Shown here in pieces: positions 1 to 12,608 of a DNA stretch of 64,000 nt. The notes under the pieces are model-generated. The model ran no database searches. It had not been told where the DNA came from and saw only the letters and a program-made list of their open reading frames with translations. This DNA comes from Octopus sinensis. Taxonomy: Eukaryota. The stretch is taken from assembly GCF_006345805.1 (NCBI RefSeq), contig NC_043007.1:51460001-51524000 (forward strand), written 5' to 3'. Made by a program: the position numbers and the translations under genes. Numbering within the stretch: position 1 is the stretch's first letter; each line of letters starts with the position of its first letter.

Positions 1-11
1 GAAAAGGCGCA

Positions 12-46
<35 letters not shown>

Positions 47-506
47 AAGAAAAAAGAAAGAAAGAAAGAAAGAAAGAAAGTTAAGATAGATCGATGTTAT
101 GAGTGGTAGTTGGTGGGGTGCAGTAGGCAAAGACAATACTAAGGTACCAGTGCAGCGATGACATATCCTTCTCACATATCCTCATTCTACATCCGGTTGT
201 TAAACACACCTCTAAGTTGGTGTATATGAGTCAATACGAAGAGAAAAAAGATTTCCGCCGTGGATGATCTCCTTCGCTTTCGTCTTCTTTTTCTTCGACA
301 TGCTGTTGTCGTTAGAGTAACTTGATACATTCTAGATTTTGTTGTTTTAGGGACACTTCGGGGCGGATACTTTGCTGCTGCTGTTGTTGTTGTTGTTGCT
401 GTTGTTGCTGTTGTTACAACAATAACCTCACACGCGCATAAATGGATGCATGATTTTGCCATATTTTTCATTGGTGCTTTGCTTTTTATTTTAAATTTAA
501 TCTTCG

Positions 507-519
507 CAGACAGACAGAC

Positions 520-574
<55 letters not shown>

Positions 575-587
575 TAGATAGATAGAT

Positions 588-618
<31 letters not shown>

Positions 619-636
619 TAGATAAATAGATAGATA
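507..636 (+). repeat. (AGAC)n(AGAT)n microsatellite, 3' flank of the Tx1
   Basis: Direct reading. Confidence 0.95.
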
Positions 637-1051
637 TGTTTCTTTATTAGCCACACAGGGCTGCACACAGATAGAACAAATTACAAGGTAGAGCTTTTCT
701 TTTGAAGGTTTAAAAAAAAAAAAAATAGATAAATAAAAAATAAAAATAAAATAAAAATAAAATAAAAAAAAAGGGGGGGTCGATCAAAAGGGATCGTAAA
801 AGGAGAGAAAGAGGACAAAAAAAAAGGGAGGGTTAAAAAAAAAGGGGGAGAGGAAAAAAATTGATCAATAGGGATCGTTATCACAGAAATGTCAATATGA
901 AGTGTAAAGGGGGGGACAGGTGAGGTTTACCCGTGGAAAGAAAAGCCTACGGAAAAGACCACGGTAACCTCGGTCAATGAAGTCACATGTTATATTTCTT
1001 TTTTTTTTTTTTTTTTGCAAATAAGCAACTCTCTGTATTAATTTTTACGGT

Positions 1052-4000
1052 TCATAGAATCATAGTCAAGGTGGCTTCGTCATTCATACGTGCCATCCTT
1101 GCTACATTCACCCATCTTTTTTTAAAACATTCACTAGACAAAACTTGCCTCTCTACTCTCACTTTTTTCTTCAAGTGATACTTCAGAAGTTGATGAGAGA
1201 TTGACCAGAGAGGAAAGTGTTTGTCTCTAATCCTTTCAGACGCGTCCACCAGATACATTCTTTCGCCATAGCCACAAGTATGATAAAAATAGCTCTTCCT
1301 TCCCGTTTGAAGGAAGGAGGCGTGACGATATTAACGATAGACTCGGCTGATAAACCGACACGTCCCACACGTGACAGCAGTCGTTCGACATAAGCCCACA
1401 GGTGGGAAATTGCTGGACACTGCACGATTGCGTGCAGAGCGGTTTCGTCGCTCTGCCCGCATCTCGGGCAGGTCGGCCCCGTGTTTCTCGAGCCATGCCT
1501 ATAGAGCTTATCCCGAACGGGTAGCGCTTCTCGGTAGCACCGCCAGGCCAGGGATCTCTGGAAGTTGTCCATAGGTCCCGGGCCGAAAGTCGTTTGAAAC
1601 AGGCGGGTCAGGTATTCCTCGTCGACGCCCAGGTTTGCCCCGAGCTCGTCGTCGTACCTCCCCTCCACTAATCCCCTATAGAATGCTTTGGTTGTGTTGA
1701 AGTCACTCAAGGTCGACCCGGGACGGCAGAGTTGCTTGAGAGCAACGCGACACTCGCGGTGCCATTCGCCCTTCTTCGGCCTCTTTTTGATCCACGACTG
1801 TAGTTCGGTCATGGAGACGAGTTGGCGGGAATGCGTGCCTCACAAACGGCGACCACACCTGTTCACCGTCGTCTACATAGAGCCGGAGATGTCGCAGTCT
1901 CAGCGCGTGTCTGCGCATCATCAACCACGGCATGCCCAGCCCTCCTTTTAACGGGTGTTGACAGCAAATGGATCGCCTGACCATCGGGACGCATCCTTTC
2001 CACAAGAAGCGGAAGAGGATGCGTTCTAGTTTGGTGATGGTAGGGTCGGGACAAGGTACGACGGTCAGGCGGTAGTAGATGATGGACGCGATGTACGCGT
2101 TCACCACCTCCGCCCGACCTTTTAGGGACAGTTTCCTCTCGGCCCATTGCTGGGCGAGAGTGACCACCCTACTCGTTATCTCGTTCCAGTTCTTCTCCAT
2201 TTGGAGGTCCGGACCGAACCAGACCCCGAGCAACTCAACCGGGCCGTCTGTCCAGCGTCCCACGACGGAGGTACTGGTGGACGGCATGGGCTTGCTTCTC
2301 CAGGTGCCGAGCCGCAAGCCCACTGACTTTTCCCGGTTGATTTTTGCTCCTGTCACCGCTTCGTAGTCTTTCAGTGTCTCGCGCCGACCCGCTCGATGTG
2401 CTCGTGGCTTGACACTATGACGGTGACGTCGTCCGCGTATGCAGACACGCTCGTCCCGCATCCTAATTCTCGCGGGATGCCCCTCAGAGTCGCCAGCTTC
2501 CGCAGTAGTGGCTCAAGTGTCAATACGTATAGAAGCGCCGAGAGGGGACATCCCTGACGGACCGAACGTGCAATGTCGAAGGGTCTCGATAGATGTCCAT
2601 TTACGCGAATTACCGAACGGATGCCTCTGTACAAGGCAGCTATCCAGCCGCGGAAGACGGGACCGAAACCAGCCGCTCTCAGGACCTGCCTCAAGTATCG
2701 ATGGTCTACCCTATCAAAGGCTTTCGATTGATCCAAGTTGATCAGGGCCCCACCCATGCCAGGTTCGTTAACTACCCTGTCTATGATGTAGCGCATCAGA
2801 TGGAGGTTGTCATGGATGCTCCGGCCCGGCACGGCGCACGTTTGTGCGTTGTCGACCAGTTTCTCCATGACAAGCGCCAACCTCTTGGCTAACACCTTTG
2901 TCAAAATTTTCAGGTCTGCATTGAGCAGAGTGATTGGCCTAAAGTTATCTATAATGTTTCCCTTGTTTGGATCTTTCTTCAGCAGAGTTACAGCTCCTCG
3001 ACTCACAAAACCGGGTATGCTCCCGTTTTGCTGCCAGTTGCAGTATACCGCTGCCAAGACGTCTCCAAACAAGTCTGGCATACAATAGTAAAATTCGTAG
3101 GGTAGACCATCCAAACCCGGTGATTTGTCCCTCGAGCATTCTGCCATCGCTTCCCGCACTTCCGCCGCCGTGATGGCACCTTCGCAGCACCCTGCCTTTC
3201 TTGTCGAGAGTCGTGGCAGGCTATGTAGGTAGGCACTGAAGTCTACCCTACGTTCTTGCCCTCCACTCGTCCCGAACAGTCGGGCAAAATGCTGCTGAAA
3301 GGCCTCACACATTTTACTTGGCTCGAGCAATTCGCGCCCCTGTTCATCTACCAGTGACCGAATGGTGGCTTTGTTGCCCTGTTGCGCCTCTGCCACCCGG
3401 GCCTCTCTCGCGGCTCCAACACCTTCGTTCCTTAGAGCACGCATCCTAGCTCTGACAGCACATCCTTCGTGTTTGGCGTTGAAGTGTTGGTCGAGGGCCA
3501 ACCTCGCCGCCAAAACGTCGGATGCGATGCCGCTTCTAATTGCCTCTTCTAGCTTCTTAACTAGCTCACCCTCTACTCTATTTCTATCTATGGCTAGTGC
3601 TTTGCTGTACCTAATCGCTTCTGCTTTTACTGCTCTCTTGAGGGCAAACCACCATTTGTTGTTGATGATGGCTCCCGTCAAAGCCCTCTTTACTAGTGTG
3701 CTAATCCGGTCTCTGAAAACTTGTCTGGACGGGAATGATGCGTTCAGTTTCCAGTACCCAGGACCCTGTCTATGTGCCTTATCTAAGTCTAGCGTACACG
3801 TCACCAATTTTTGATCCGTGTAGCTGACTGTGTGGAATTGTGGACATCCTAAGTTATCCTTGTCTACTGTCCTACACAGTATCCTATCTAGATACGATCT
3901 CGACGACCCACTGCGGTTGCTCCATGTCCACGTTGGTGCATTTGGGTGGTCGAGTCGGTACCTGTCAGACAGTTGGAATCGTCTGAGCAGGTCTCTGAGG

Positions 4001-4491
4001 CATTTGCATCCCCTTCTGTTTCTGTCTCTACCCACGTAGTCTACATGCGTGTCCAAGGTAGCATTCCAATCCCCCACTAAGAGTAAAGGACGAGACGTTC
4101 CCAAGAATACTTCTAGACGTCGAAAGAAATCCGCCCGACCTGTTAAGGGCGGTGCGTAGACTGATACGAGTCGAAGAGCGCACCCATTGCTGCCGTCAAC
4201 ATCCAGAACGATCAGTCTACCCTCCGGGTCTACGAATATCGTCTTGACTTCGAGATCCAGGCTCTTGTGTGAAAGTACCGCGGTGCCACTACCGCCCATC
4301 CTCGGCAGACAGGGAGCGAAATAAGTGTTAAACTGTCCGCCAAACATGGACTTTAGGGCCCGTGGCTCGTGGAGTCTGGTCTCACTTATGGCTATGATTC
4401 CCAAATCATGTGACTTGATGTCATTTAGGAGGTATCCTTGTTTCCAAGGAGACCCCAAGCCACGCGCATTCACACAACCAATCTTGACCAT
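1052..4491 (-). pseudogene. Tx1 ORF2 (APE endonuclease, reverse transcriptase, C-terminal CCHC), three frameshifts
   Basis: Pieces 4491-2371, 2461-1703, 1812-1183 and 1258-1052 join via small indels near 2385, 1800 and 1185. Motifs: CVNARGL, ISETR, GDWNA, SYLDRI (APE); FRPITLLNADLKI, DQSKAFDRVDH, VRQGCPLS, YADD (RT); CPRCGQSDETALHAIVQC. The APE SDH motif reads TDQ. Confidence 0.92.
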
Positions 4492-4541
4492 GATTCTATT
4501 GGGGTGTGTGCTTTAAAACACACAAATGAAAGTACAGAGAG

Positions 4542-6259
4542 TTACTTACTTGTGTCGAAAGTTTTGGCTTCCTCGTTCTTTGATGTGTCTTCGAGGAGGT
4601 TTCTATATAGTTTTTGGGACAGATATTTCTGGAAACCCCCTACAGCATTTGGGAAGAGGGCTTTGAGTTTGTGGTGTTGTGTTTGTGTGATGTGTAGTAT
4701 TTTGATGTGTTTGGGTGGTGTAGTGCGTGGATGATTGCTATTTTTAAAGTCATCTTCACAAATGTTTGTGTATCCTGTGATGTACTCCATTAGTTTGGAG
4801 TCTTTTGTGTCTATCGCTGATAGCATTGTTTTTGTGGTGTCGGTGCTTGTTTTGTTGTGTATGGAGTTTTCAGGGTTCAGGTATCTCCCTGCTTTGGTTG
4901 CGATTTCTTGTTTGGTTTTTCTTGATCTTTTTCTTTTACCCCCTGTGGCTATTTGCCATTCTGTCGAACTTTCATCGTTAGATGAAAAGTCTGACGAATC
5001 AGCAGGGGGCAAGGGTAAAGCGTCTGGGTGTGTTTGTGCGGTTGTAGATATTGTTGTGGTGCGCGGGGAGGGTGTTGCTGGGGGTTTGTTGTGGTTATTG
5101 TCTCTCCTACATCCTTGGTGCTTGTCTTCTTCGTTGTTATTCTTGGTGTTGGATTGGTTTATTTGTTGTTGGTGGTGATGATTCTGTTCTTGGCGCTGGT
5201 GTTGGTGTTGTTTGGTTGGGTTAGTTTGTTCTTTGTTGTTTTTCCTGCATTTCCGCATACAGCTTCTTGACTAGCTGTCCATATTGTGGTGTGGGCAATA
5301 ATCCTGGCTTTTGTGATTTTTTCTGTGGCTGTTGTTGTTGTTGTAATTTTGCGGCAGATTTGCACTCCTTTTTGAGGTGTGCCTCACTGCCACATGTATA
5401 GCATCGTGGCCTTCTGCCCTCGACTACTACGTATAACTTGCGGCCATCCTCAAGATGTACGTGGGTGGGGATTTTATTTATGTCCTCTTGACTTATGTGG
5501 AAGAGGAACTCTATTCTCTTTCCCAGCCAGTCCTTGTTTTCCGAAACACCGATATCTAGGATGTTTATGTCCTCCATTTCGGATGTTACGGCGGATGTAA
5601 TCCACAGTGTTGTAGTCACTTGGGGGACACCACTGATAATGACTTTCGTCACCTTCTGGCCGAGGTAACTCGGTGTCAACGTTAGTTCATCAGAATGAAG
5701 GGTTATCGTTGAGAATTTCTTCGCCAACTCTTCATTCTGAAAAACCACCTGTACGTGTGCGAACTTGTTCGCCCAAGTCACACAATCCTTGTATCCCCAG
5801 ATGGGGCGTAAGCACTTTTCGACTTTGTCTGTGCTTGCCTTTTCTGGACTTTTTGTTTTTTTATTTGTGATTTTATATACAATTGTCTTTTTTTTCTCCT
5901 CATTCAGTATGTGCTGAGGTATGTGTAAGAGTATTTTTCCGTTTTGATTTGTAATAAGGTTTCTGCAATCTTTAATCTGTTGTGTAGTAAACGAAACTTT
6001 TGTTACCTTTTCTTTTATCGCCTCGGCGAAGTTTGTTGTTGTTTTGTTATTGTTGTTACTGTTGATGTTGATGGCAGGGGTGTGGGTTGTAGGTTTGTGG
6101 TTGCTGATTATGCAACTAGCAAGGGGTGGAAAATTGCCTGCGTAATTTAGTCCTGCATTAGCGCAAATTTCGGCATTTCGTTTGCTTGTCGTCGTTATTT
6201 TTTCACTTGTTGGTGATGGAGTGAGCAGTGGTTGAAGGGAATTGTTGTTGTCGTCGTCG

Positions 6260-6297
<38 letters not shown>

Positions 6298-6654
6298 ATT
6301 GTCGTTCTTGGTGACGGCGGTGGTGTTAGTAGTATTAGTAGCATTGACGGCACGGTCTTTGGTGGTGGTGATGGTGATGTTGGTATTGTTATTGGTGGCG
6401 ACGTCTTTAGTAGGGATAGCAGTTTTAGTAGCAGATTCTGCCATGGTGTTGTTGTCGGTGTTGGTGGTGGTGGTGGACTCACTGATGGTGTTGACGGTGC
6501 TTGGCCTTGCGACCTTTGTTTTGCTGTTGTCGATGTTGTCGATGTTGATGGTGGCGGAGTTGTCAGGTTCAGCGTATGCTAACAGAGCATCCTGTTTTTC
6601 TGCCTCTGCGTCACGGTTGACTTGCACCTCAGCCTCGTGGTGACCAGTGGCCAT
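4542..6654 (-). pseudogene. Tx1 ORF1 (gag-like; RRM-like region and CCHC zinc knuckle), one frameshift near 5240
   Basis: ATG at 6654 (MATGHHEAE). Poly-N/T low-complexity N-terminus, then KVIISGVP...VVVEGRRPRCYTCGSEAHLKKEC. Continues in the 5258-4542 frame and ends 50 nt before ORF2. Confidence 0.82.
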
Positions 6655-6870
6655 TTTGGAAATAAAATGGCTAAATGAAACCACGAAGGCTATGAGAATT
6701 TTTTCTTTTAAATTTTCCCCACAAGGGGCAAAATTTTGTGTAGATATTTATCAAAGGTTTACAGTGGATGTTGTTGCACAACTTTTAAGCACAAAATGTT
6801 TGTCAATATACACTTTTAAATGGTCAAAATAAATGATTACCTTCGGAGCTGAAACGACATCACATCCGTC

Positions 6871-6880
6871 AGAGAGAGAG

Positions 6881-6970
<90 letters not shown>

Positions 6971-6985
6971 GTAGATTGATAGATT
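6871..6985 (+). repeat. (AG)6(ATAG)n microsatellite, 5' flank of the Tx1
   Basis: Direct reading. Confidence 0.95.
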
Positions 6986-7999
6986 CTTCCATTGAGGTGA
7001 TATTCTTTTCATGGCTCTAATTCATTTTTTATGTCTTATTGAGCACTTGGTTGACAAAATACCTTGTTTTTTAATCAGTTGAGACGCGCACTATGAAGCA
7101 CATGTTTGTCATCTATTACCGGCAAATATCGCGCCTGAGTTTGTGTGAAGTTCTTATATTTCTGTCTTATCTACTAAAGCATTCCAGAGTTTTGAAAAAG
7201 ATCTCCAGGATTAAGAATGTTAAAGTCATACTTCATTTTCGTTAACTTTAAGCAAATTAATAACGGGTATCCTCTTGACTTCCATCTTTTCCTTTATTGT
7301 ATGTCAGTTTTGGAAAATACTCTATTCTTCAAAGCATCTCACCTTCTCATCTGTAGTTAGTACCAACTTCCACCAACTGATTGGTCTACTCTCTCTGGAA
7401 ACAGAGATAATATCCATAAACTAAGAATTCATCTTGCATGTTATTTAATATACGTTTATTCTTCTTTCGTGCTCAAATATATGTCAATGGCATGCATTTT
7501 GTTTTCATTTGTTTCATATATGTCCGAGAGGCACGTTTTGTTGCTCCAGCAAGCTTCAACCCTCACAAATCCTGACCCTACAGTGATAATTACCACCAGA
7601 CAAAGAGAAACATTTACAACATTTCAGAACACTACTACATCTTAAAACCATAATCTCTACCAATCAGTTTTGAGAACACAAGAAACACATACACTCAGAG
7701 CACCAACAGTCTTACAGGCTCTTGGTCTGGGATGTACACTATCATACATAAGAGCACAGAAACAGAAACCGCTGCACTGGAACTAAGTCACCTTGCCTGC
7801 CTCTGCGGTGGCTACCACCAGAATCAACTGGACAGTGGGAGAGTAAATCACAGCCAGACTGTCACAGTGTATTCCATACTGCATGTCAGTGTGTACAGCA
7901 TTGTCCTCAGTTTGGTGGGGATATGATGTAACTGGGTCACACCTCGGTGCCCAGTTGACTACCAGTGCTCTATAGGACTGATGGAAAAGGGTTGATAAC

Positions 8000-9700
8000 A
8001 ATGACATCTATAATACCACTACATCCACCACTATCCCTTGGACCATCACAACAACAGCCAACATTACAATCATTAACGATGCAAATTGGTGCTTTTACAC
8101 AGCACTTCTCTCGCTACCATGTCCCTCACAACTACCCCTCACACCACTGTCATGCCTTTTCCTCTAACCTCCACTCATACATCACCTCTCCTCACCTGTC
8201 ATCGCATTATTATTTTTCCTCACGACATTCTTTATCAGGATGACAACCCTCCACCACTAATCTCATTAATCAGAACACCACCACAACAATTGCCATGACA
8301 ACGTCCATCACCATAATTATCATCATCAACATTAGCACAATGACCACTACATGTAATCTAACGACTACCACCAGAATCGCCAATGTCAGCTGCTCTCCGC
8401 CACGGTTCAGACTGCTACTACCTTCATTACAGCCACCATCGACATCAGCACCAGTAACAACACCATCATCAACATAATAACTACAACCAGTTCCACTGTC
8501 CCTACTGCCATCCTCACGATTAAAAGAACAACTATAAAGCAGATCTAATCGCCACTTCTATCATTACTACCACACCACCACCTCGCATCATTACCACCAA
8601 TACTATCATCACCAACTCCCACTTTAATCACTACCATCATCACCCCATTATCAATGTCTTCGCTCACCCTATTTTTCACTCTTAACAACAACAAAACACC
8701 ATCACGAGTCAATAAAGGAGTCGCTCAACCTACTAGAAGTAGTAACCAAATCGCTTTCATATCATACGCTTCACCCTGAATTTGGACAAAAATACAAGAC
8801 GTGAACTCAGATTAGACAACTTTGTATGCATGGTACAGTGTAAATTTGAAATAAATTTACATATGAGGCTTTGTAATATTTAATTTATTTCAACACTACT
8901 GCCATCACCATACCACCTCCACTACTACCTTTACTACAATTCTAATCTCCACCACCATGAACACAAATGCTCTTACCATCCCTCTCAGCGCCACCCTTCT
9001 CAAGACAGACCACTGTTACCACTCCTCTTACCATCACTCTTCTTGTCACAGCTTTCACCACTACAACCTACGTTTTCACCACTAGGCACCTACGCCCGTA
9101 AAGGCTCATAAATCCCTACTGTTACTATCACAACCACTATCATAACCTTGACTAATATTACCGTAACCACCACGACCACTATTACCAATGTTTCCACTAC
9201 CATCATAAATATATCTACATCAACCCACCATGACACCACTATCGTACTACCCACTATTACCACCACTACCCACTATACGTGTACTCCGAACCCCACCCTA
9301 ACCCACTCTTATGACCGTCACTTTTCTAATCATTAACATCACTCCCTACCCAACGTACTGCTCCACCACAGCCTCTAACTCCAATGTACCACCCACCATT
9401 TTAATGTCCATTACCAAATCCTTTTCATTAAAATGCCCAAAACCTCGTCCAACACACACACCTGACCATGCTTGCCTCTTATGACTCCACCAGCCATCGG
9501 TAGTACAGCCATTATCCGACAAGCACTATACAGCATCACCACCACCAGTACCTCCACCGCAGTAACCAATCACTGCCTACTCAGCTACCACTGCCACCAT
9601 CACATCCCTGCCAAAACATCTCCGCCACCATCATTTGACAACAACATGCACCTCATCACCGTCTCCATTCATCATCGTCACCTCAACCAAATATTAGTTA
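8000..9700. repeat. Degenerate (ACC/ACT/ATC)n low-complexity tract
   Basis: A/C-rich eroded trinucleotide repeats; the Thr/His/Pro-rich ORFs are by-products. Confidence 0.75.
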
Positions 9701-9714
9701 ACGAGTAACCTGTA

Positions 9715-9862
9715 TGCGATGATGCGGCCTACTAGAAAGAACAGCCAACTCTGACAAATCACACCCAACCATCTTAAAAAGGGAAGACACTTTGAATAAT
9801 GTAGATCAGGAGATAAAATAGGACGGTTTAAGTTGGAATGTCTTTAATCACAGGTTTGCATT
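9715..9862 (+). mobile_element. Fragment of a SINE-like interspersed repeat (related copy at ~42600-42815 on the minus strand)
   Basis: CTAGAAAG..AGCC and TTGGAAT..TCT..TGATCACAG motifs recur reverse-complemented at 42.6-42.8 kb. Confidence 0.4.
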
Positions 9863-10544
9863 ATGAGTGCAAGTCGGGAGGTAAACACCCACACCTTAAC
9901 CACACCTACTCGCTCTTTCTTCGGAACAGCAACGGAAACAACAACCGCTTTTATTGCTACCACCGCCATCACTATCGCCAACTGCTTCTTCACCATCACC
10001 ACTACGACAACCATCTCTCTTCTTCAGCCCCATCACCACCACTACCAACCATCTACACCATGCTTACTGTCATTATAGTTAGATTCTAATTACAGATGTA
10101 TACACGCAAACATACACACGCATACACGCTTCACAGGTCCACACATACGTACACATACACGCATGTACAAAAAAACACACCAAATACATACAAGCTATCA
10201 TACATTTTGAAACACAAATAAGTAGTAGTGGATCCTCATCCTGACCGCCCTCTTTCCTTCCAAATCTGACCATTGCCCTGTCAATACCCACACTATCACA
10301 AACGTCTCTCCCTCCTTGCACCACAACAAACAACAATCTGGTAAGTAATGATGCCCTAACACCACATTGATTGAGTAATGGGGAAAAAGAACAAGATGAT
10401 GTAGCTGGCGCGCACACACACACATCCTCCCGAACGCACGCACACACACACACACACGCGCGCACACACAACGAATGAGTTGGTTTTGAAACAGCCGATG
10501 TATGTATATATGCATATATTTATATATTATATTTTTATTTTATT

Positions 10545-10830
10545 TATGCGCCCTTTTCAAGTCTAACCAGGATCATGGACCCGGTTTCTCTGGCGTATGT
10601 GTTCTCCCCAGCTGGGAGGGACGCCAGTCCATCGCAGCCTTACTCAAGAAACAAGAGAGAAAGTTGTGGCGAAAGAGTACAACAGGGGTCGCCACCAACC
10701 CCTGCCGGAGCCTCGTGCAGCTTTAGGTGTTTTCGCTCAATAAACACACACAACACCCGGTCTGGGAATCAAGACCGCGATCTTCCTACCGCGAGTCCGC
10801 TGCCTTCAGCACTGGGCCATTGCGCCTACA
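10545..10830 (-). mobile_element. tRNA-derived SINE with V-domain-like core
   Basis: Minus strand GGCGCAATGGCCCAGTG (A box), GTCTTGATTCCC (degenerate B box), central GCGATGGACTGGCGTCCC resembling the V-SINE domain, A-rich tail. Confidence 0.6.
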
Positions 10831-10845
10831 TTATATTATGTTATA

Positions 10846-10947
<102 letters not shown>

Positions 10948-11097
10948 ATATATGTATATATATGTGTGTGTGTATATATATATATATATATAATGAATCC
11001 AAACAAGAACAAGGGAGCAAAAGCAACAACATGAGGACGAGGAATAAGTAGTGTTATTGGAATCTCAGAAAAGGAAAGAAAAGAAAGAGGATCTCAT

Positions 11098-11121
11098 GTT
11101 TCGAGCAGAGCACTTCATCAG
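11098..11121 (-). ncRNA. Minimal hammerhead ribozyme core (degenerate) in PLE pLTR
   Basis: CUGAUGA-A-GUGC-UCU-GCUC-GAAAC; one stem II mismatch; stem III and cleavage triplet not intact. Confidence 0.55.
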
Positions 11122-11641
11122 AAATATAGGAAAAGACAGAGAAGGAAAATCGTCAACGATACTCACGCGGTCACATATTGAAATGACCGGGAGGGAATAG
11201 GTGAAGAAAAAAAATTTCTTTAATGAGTGGAGGTCAGGCATGGTGAGAGGGTGTGAATGTCAGCGTAGGTGTTATTAGTAGTGACAAAAAGGAAAAGAGA
11301 AAGAGAAAAGGGGAGAAAAGTGGAAGTAGGACAGAAGATAGGTACCACCTATAGGTAGAAGGAGAACGAGATAAAGTGGAAGAGTCACGAACAAATTGTA
11401 ATGATTTCCAATCAAGGTGTAGGGTGACGTAATCCGAATGAACAGGAACAGTAATCCGGAGGTACAAGAATTCTAGGAATTAGGTACTCCAAAGTCAATC
11501 AGAAGGCCGGTGTCTGTGTGAGCGTGCGGTATATAGTCAAATCCAAGCAAGAACAAGCAAGCAAAAACAACAACGCGAGGACGTGGTACAAGTAGTGTTA
11601 TTGGAATCTCAGGAAAGGAAAGAAAAGAAAAGATATTCCTC

Positions 11642-11665
11642 GTTTCGAGCGGAGCTCTTCATCAG
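11642..11665 (-). ncRNA. Minimal hammerhead ribozyme core in PLE pLTR
   Basis: CUGAUGA-A-GAGC-UCC-GCUC-GAAAC with perfect 4-bp stem II; GUH triplet appears lost. Confidence 0.6.
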
Positions 11666-12608
11666 AAATATAGAAAAAGTTCAAAGAAGGGAAGACAGAG
11701 GAAGAAAATCGCCAATGATATACACGCTTTAAAAAGTGGAGGTCAGGCATGGTGAAAAGATGTGAATGTCGGTGTAGGTGTTATTGGTGGCAACAAAAAG
11801 GAAAAGAGAAAGAGGTCAGTGGAAGTAGAACAGAAAGCCAGAAAAGGGAATAAGAACGTAACGGATGACAATAAAACATACGGACAGATAGATGATACAA
11901 AGACGTACAGGAAAAACCAGGACGAAACATTCGTGGCTTTCCTTCATCAGTCAAGCTTCCAATCATCATTCCAGTTTTGGCCTGTTATACTTGAGACTTC
12001 AAAATTGGTAGGCCCCAAAAATCTAAGCTAAAGGCATCAAATTTTTGGGAGAAAGCAAGCGAATATGTGCGACAATAGAGACAAAAGAAAAACGAGAAAA
12101 CGGAGAAAATGTTACACTATTAAAATACAAACAACAGTTGTCTTTCAACTAATAAGGACAAGTTAAATTGAGCTGGTGTGTAAAATGGAAGCCTTAATGC
12201 ACAAACACATGTGAAAGTCAGGAGACAGGAAAATAAGATGTTGTGCAGGCGGCGGTCAAGCCAAGAAAGATCATGCTTGGCCGAACACCGATCACGTGGG
12301 ATAAACAGAGAGAGGTAGGAGGCAGAGTGATTAAAGAATTAGGGAAGAAATTAGAGAGAGAGAGGGGGGAGAAAGGGTAGAGGGAAATGTACAAGGGAGA
12401 TAACAGAGAAAAGTAGAGAGAATAAAGAAAGAGAATGCCAAGAAATGTGAGAGAGGGGAGCGAGAAAAAGAAAAGAGGAAAGAAAGAAGAAAGTGGTACA
12501 TAACAGAGAAAAGTAGAGAGATTAAAGAAAGAGAACCGATGACGGAATATCCCATACTCTGGAATATCTCAGTAACAGCTGTAAGACTGAATTTTTCTCC
12601 AATAATAA

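Larger units (their letters stand above)
637..6870 (-). mobile_element. Full-length Tx1/L1-clade non-LTR retrotransposon (~6.2 kb) inserted in a (GATA)n microsatellite
   Basis: Minus strand: ~215-nt 5'UTR starting GACGGATGTGATGTCGTTTCAGCTCC, ORF1 with CCHC knuckle, ORF2 with APE + RT + CCHC, ~400-nt 3'UTR ending AATAAAGAAACA (AATAAA at 643-648). (AGAT)n tracts flank both ends. Confidence 0.93.
10995..12560 (-). mobile_element. Penelope-like element pseudo-LTRs in tandem (~545-bp period) plus adjacent PLE-type tail
   Basis: AATCCAA(A/G)CAAGAACAAG at 10996 and 11541; each unit holds a CTGATGA-stem-GAAA motif on the minus strand; purine-rich spacer typical of PLE 3' regions. Confidence 0.65.

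Noticed and set aside
187-668. ORFs with YLSI/CLSV repeats
   Set aside because: Translations of (GATA)/(GACA) microsatellites
2439-3814. Plus-strand ORFs of 68-150 aa
   Set aside because: Antisense shadows of the GC-rich Tx1 ORF2
6985-8000. Possible coding or TE fossil
   Set aside because: No recognisable motif in any frame
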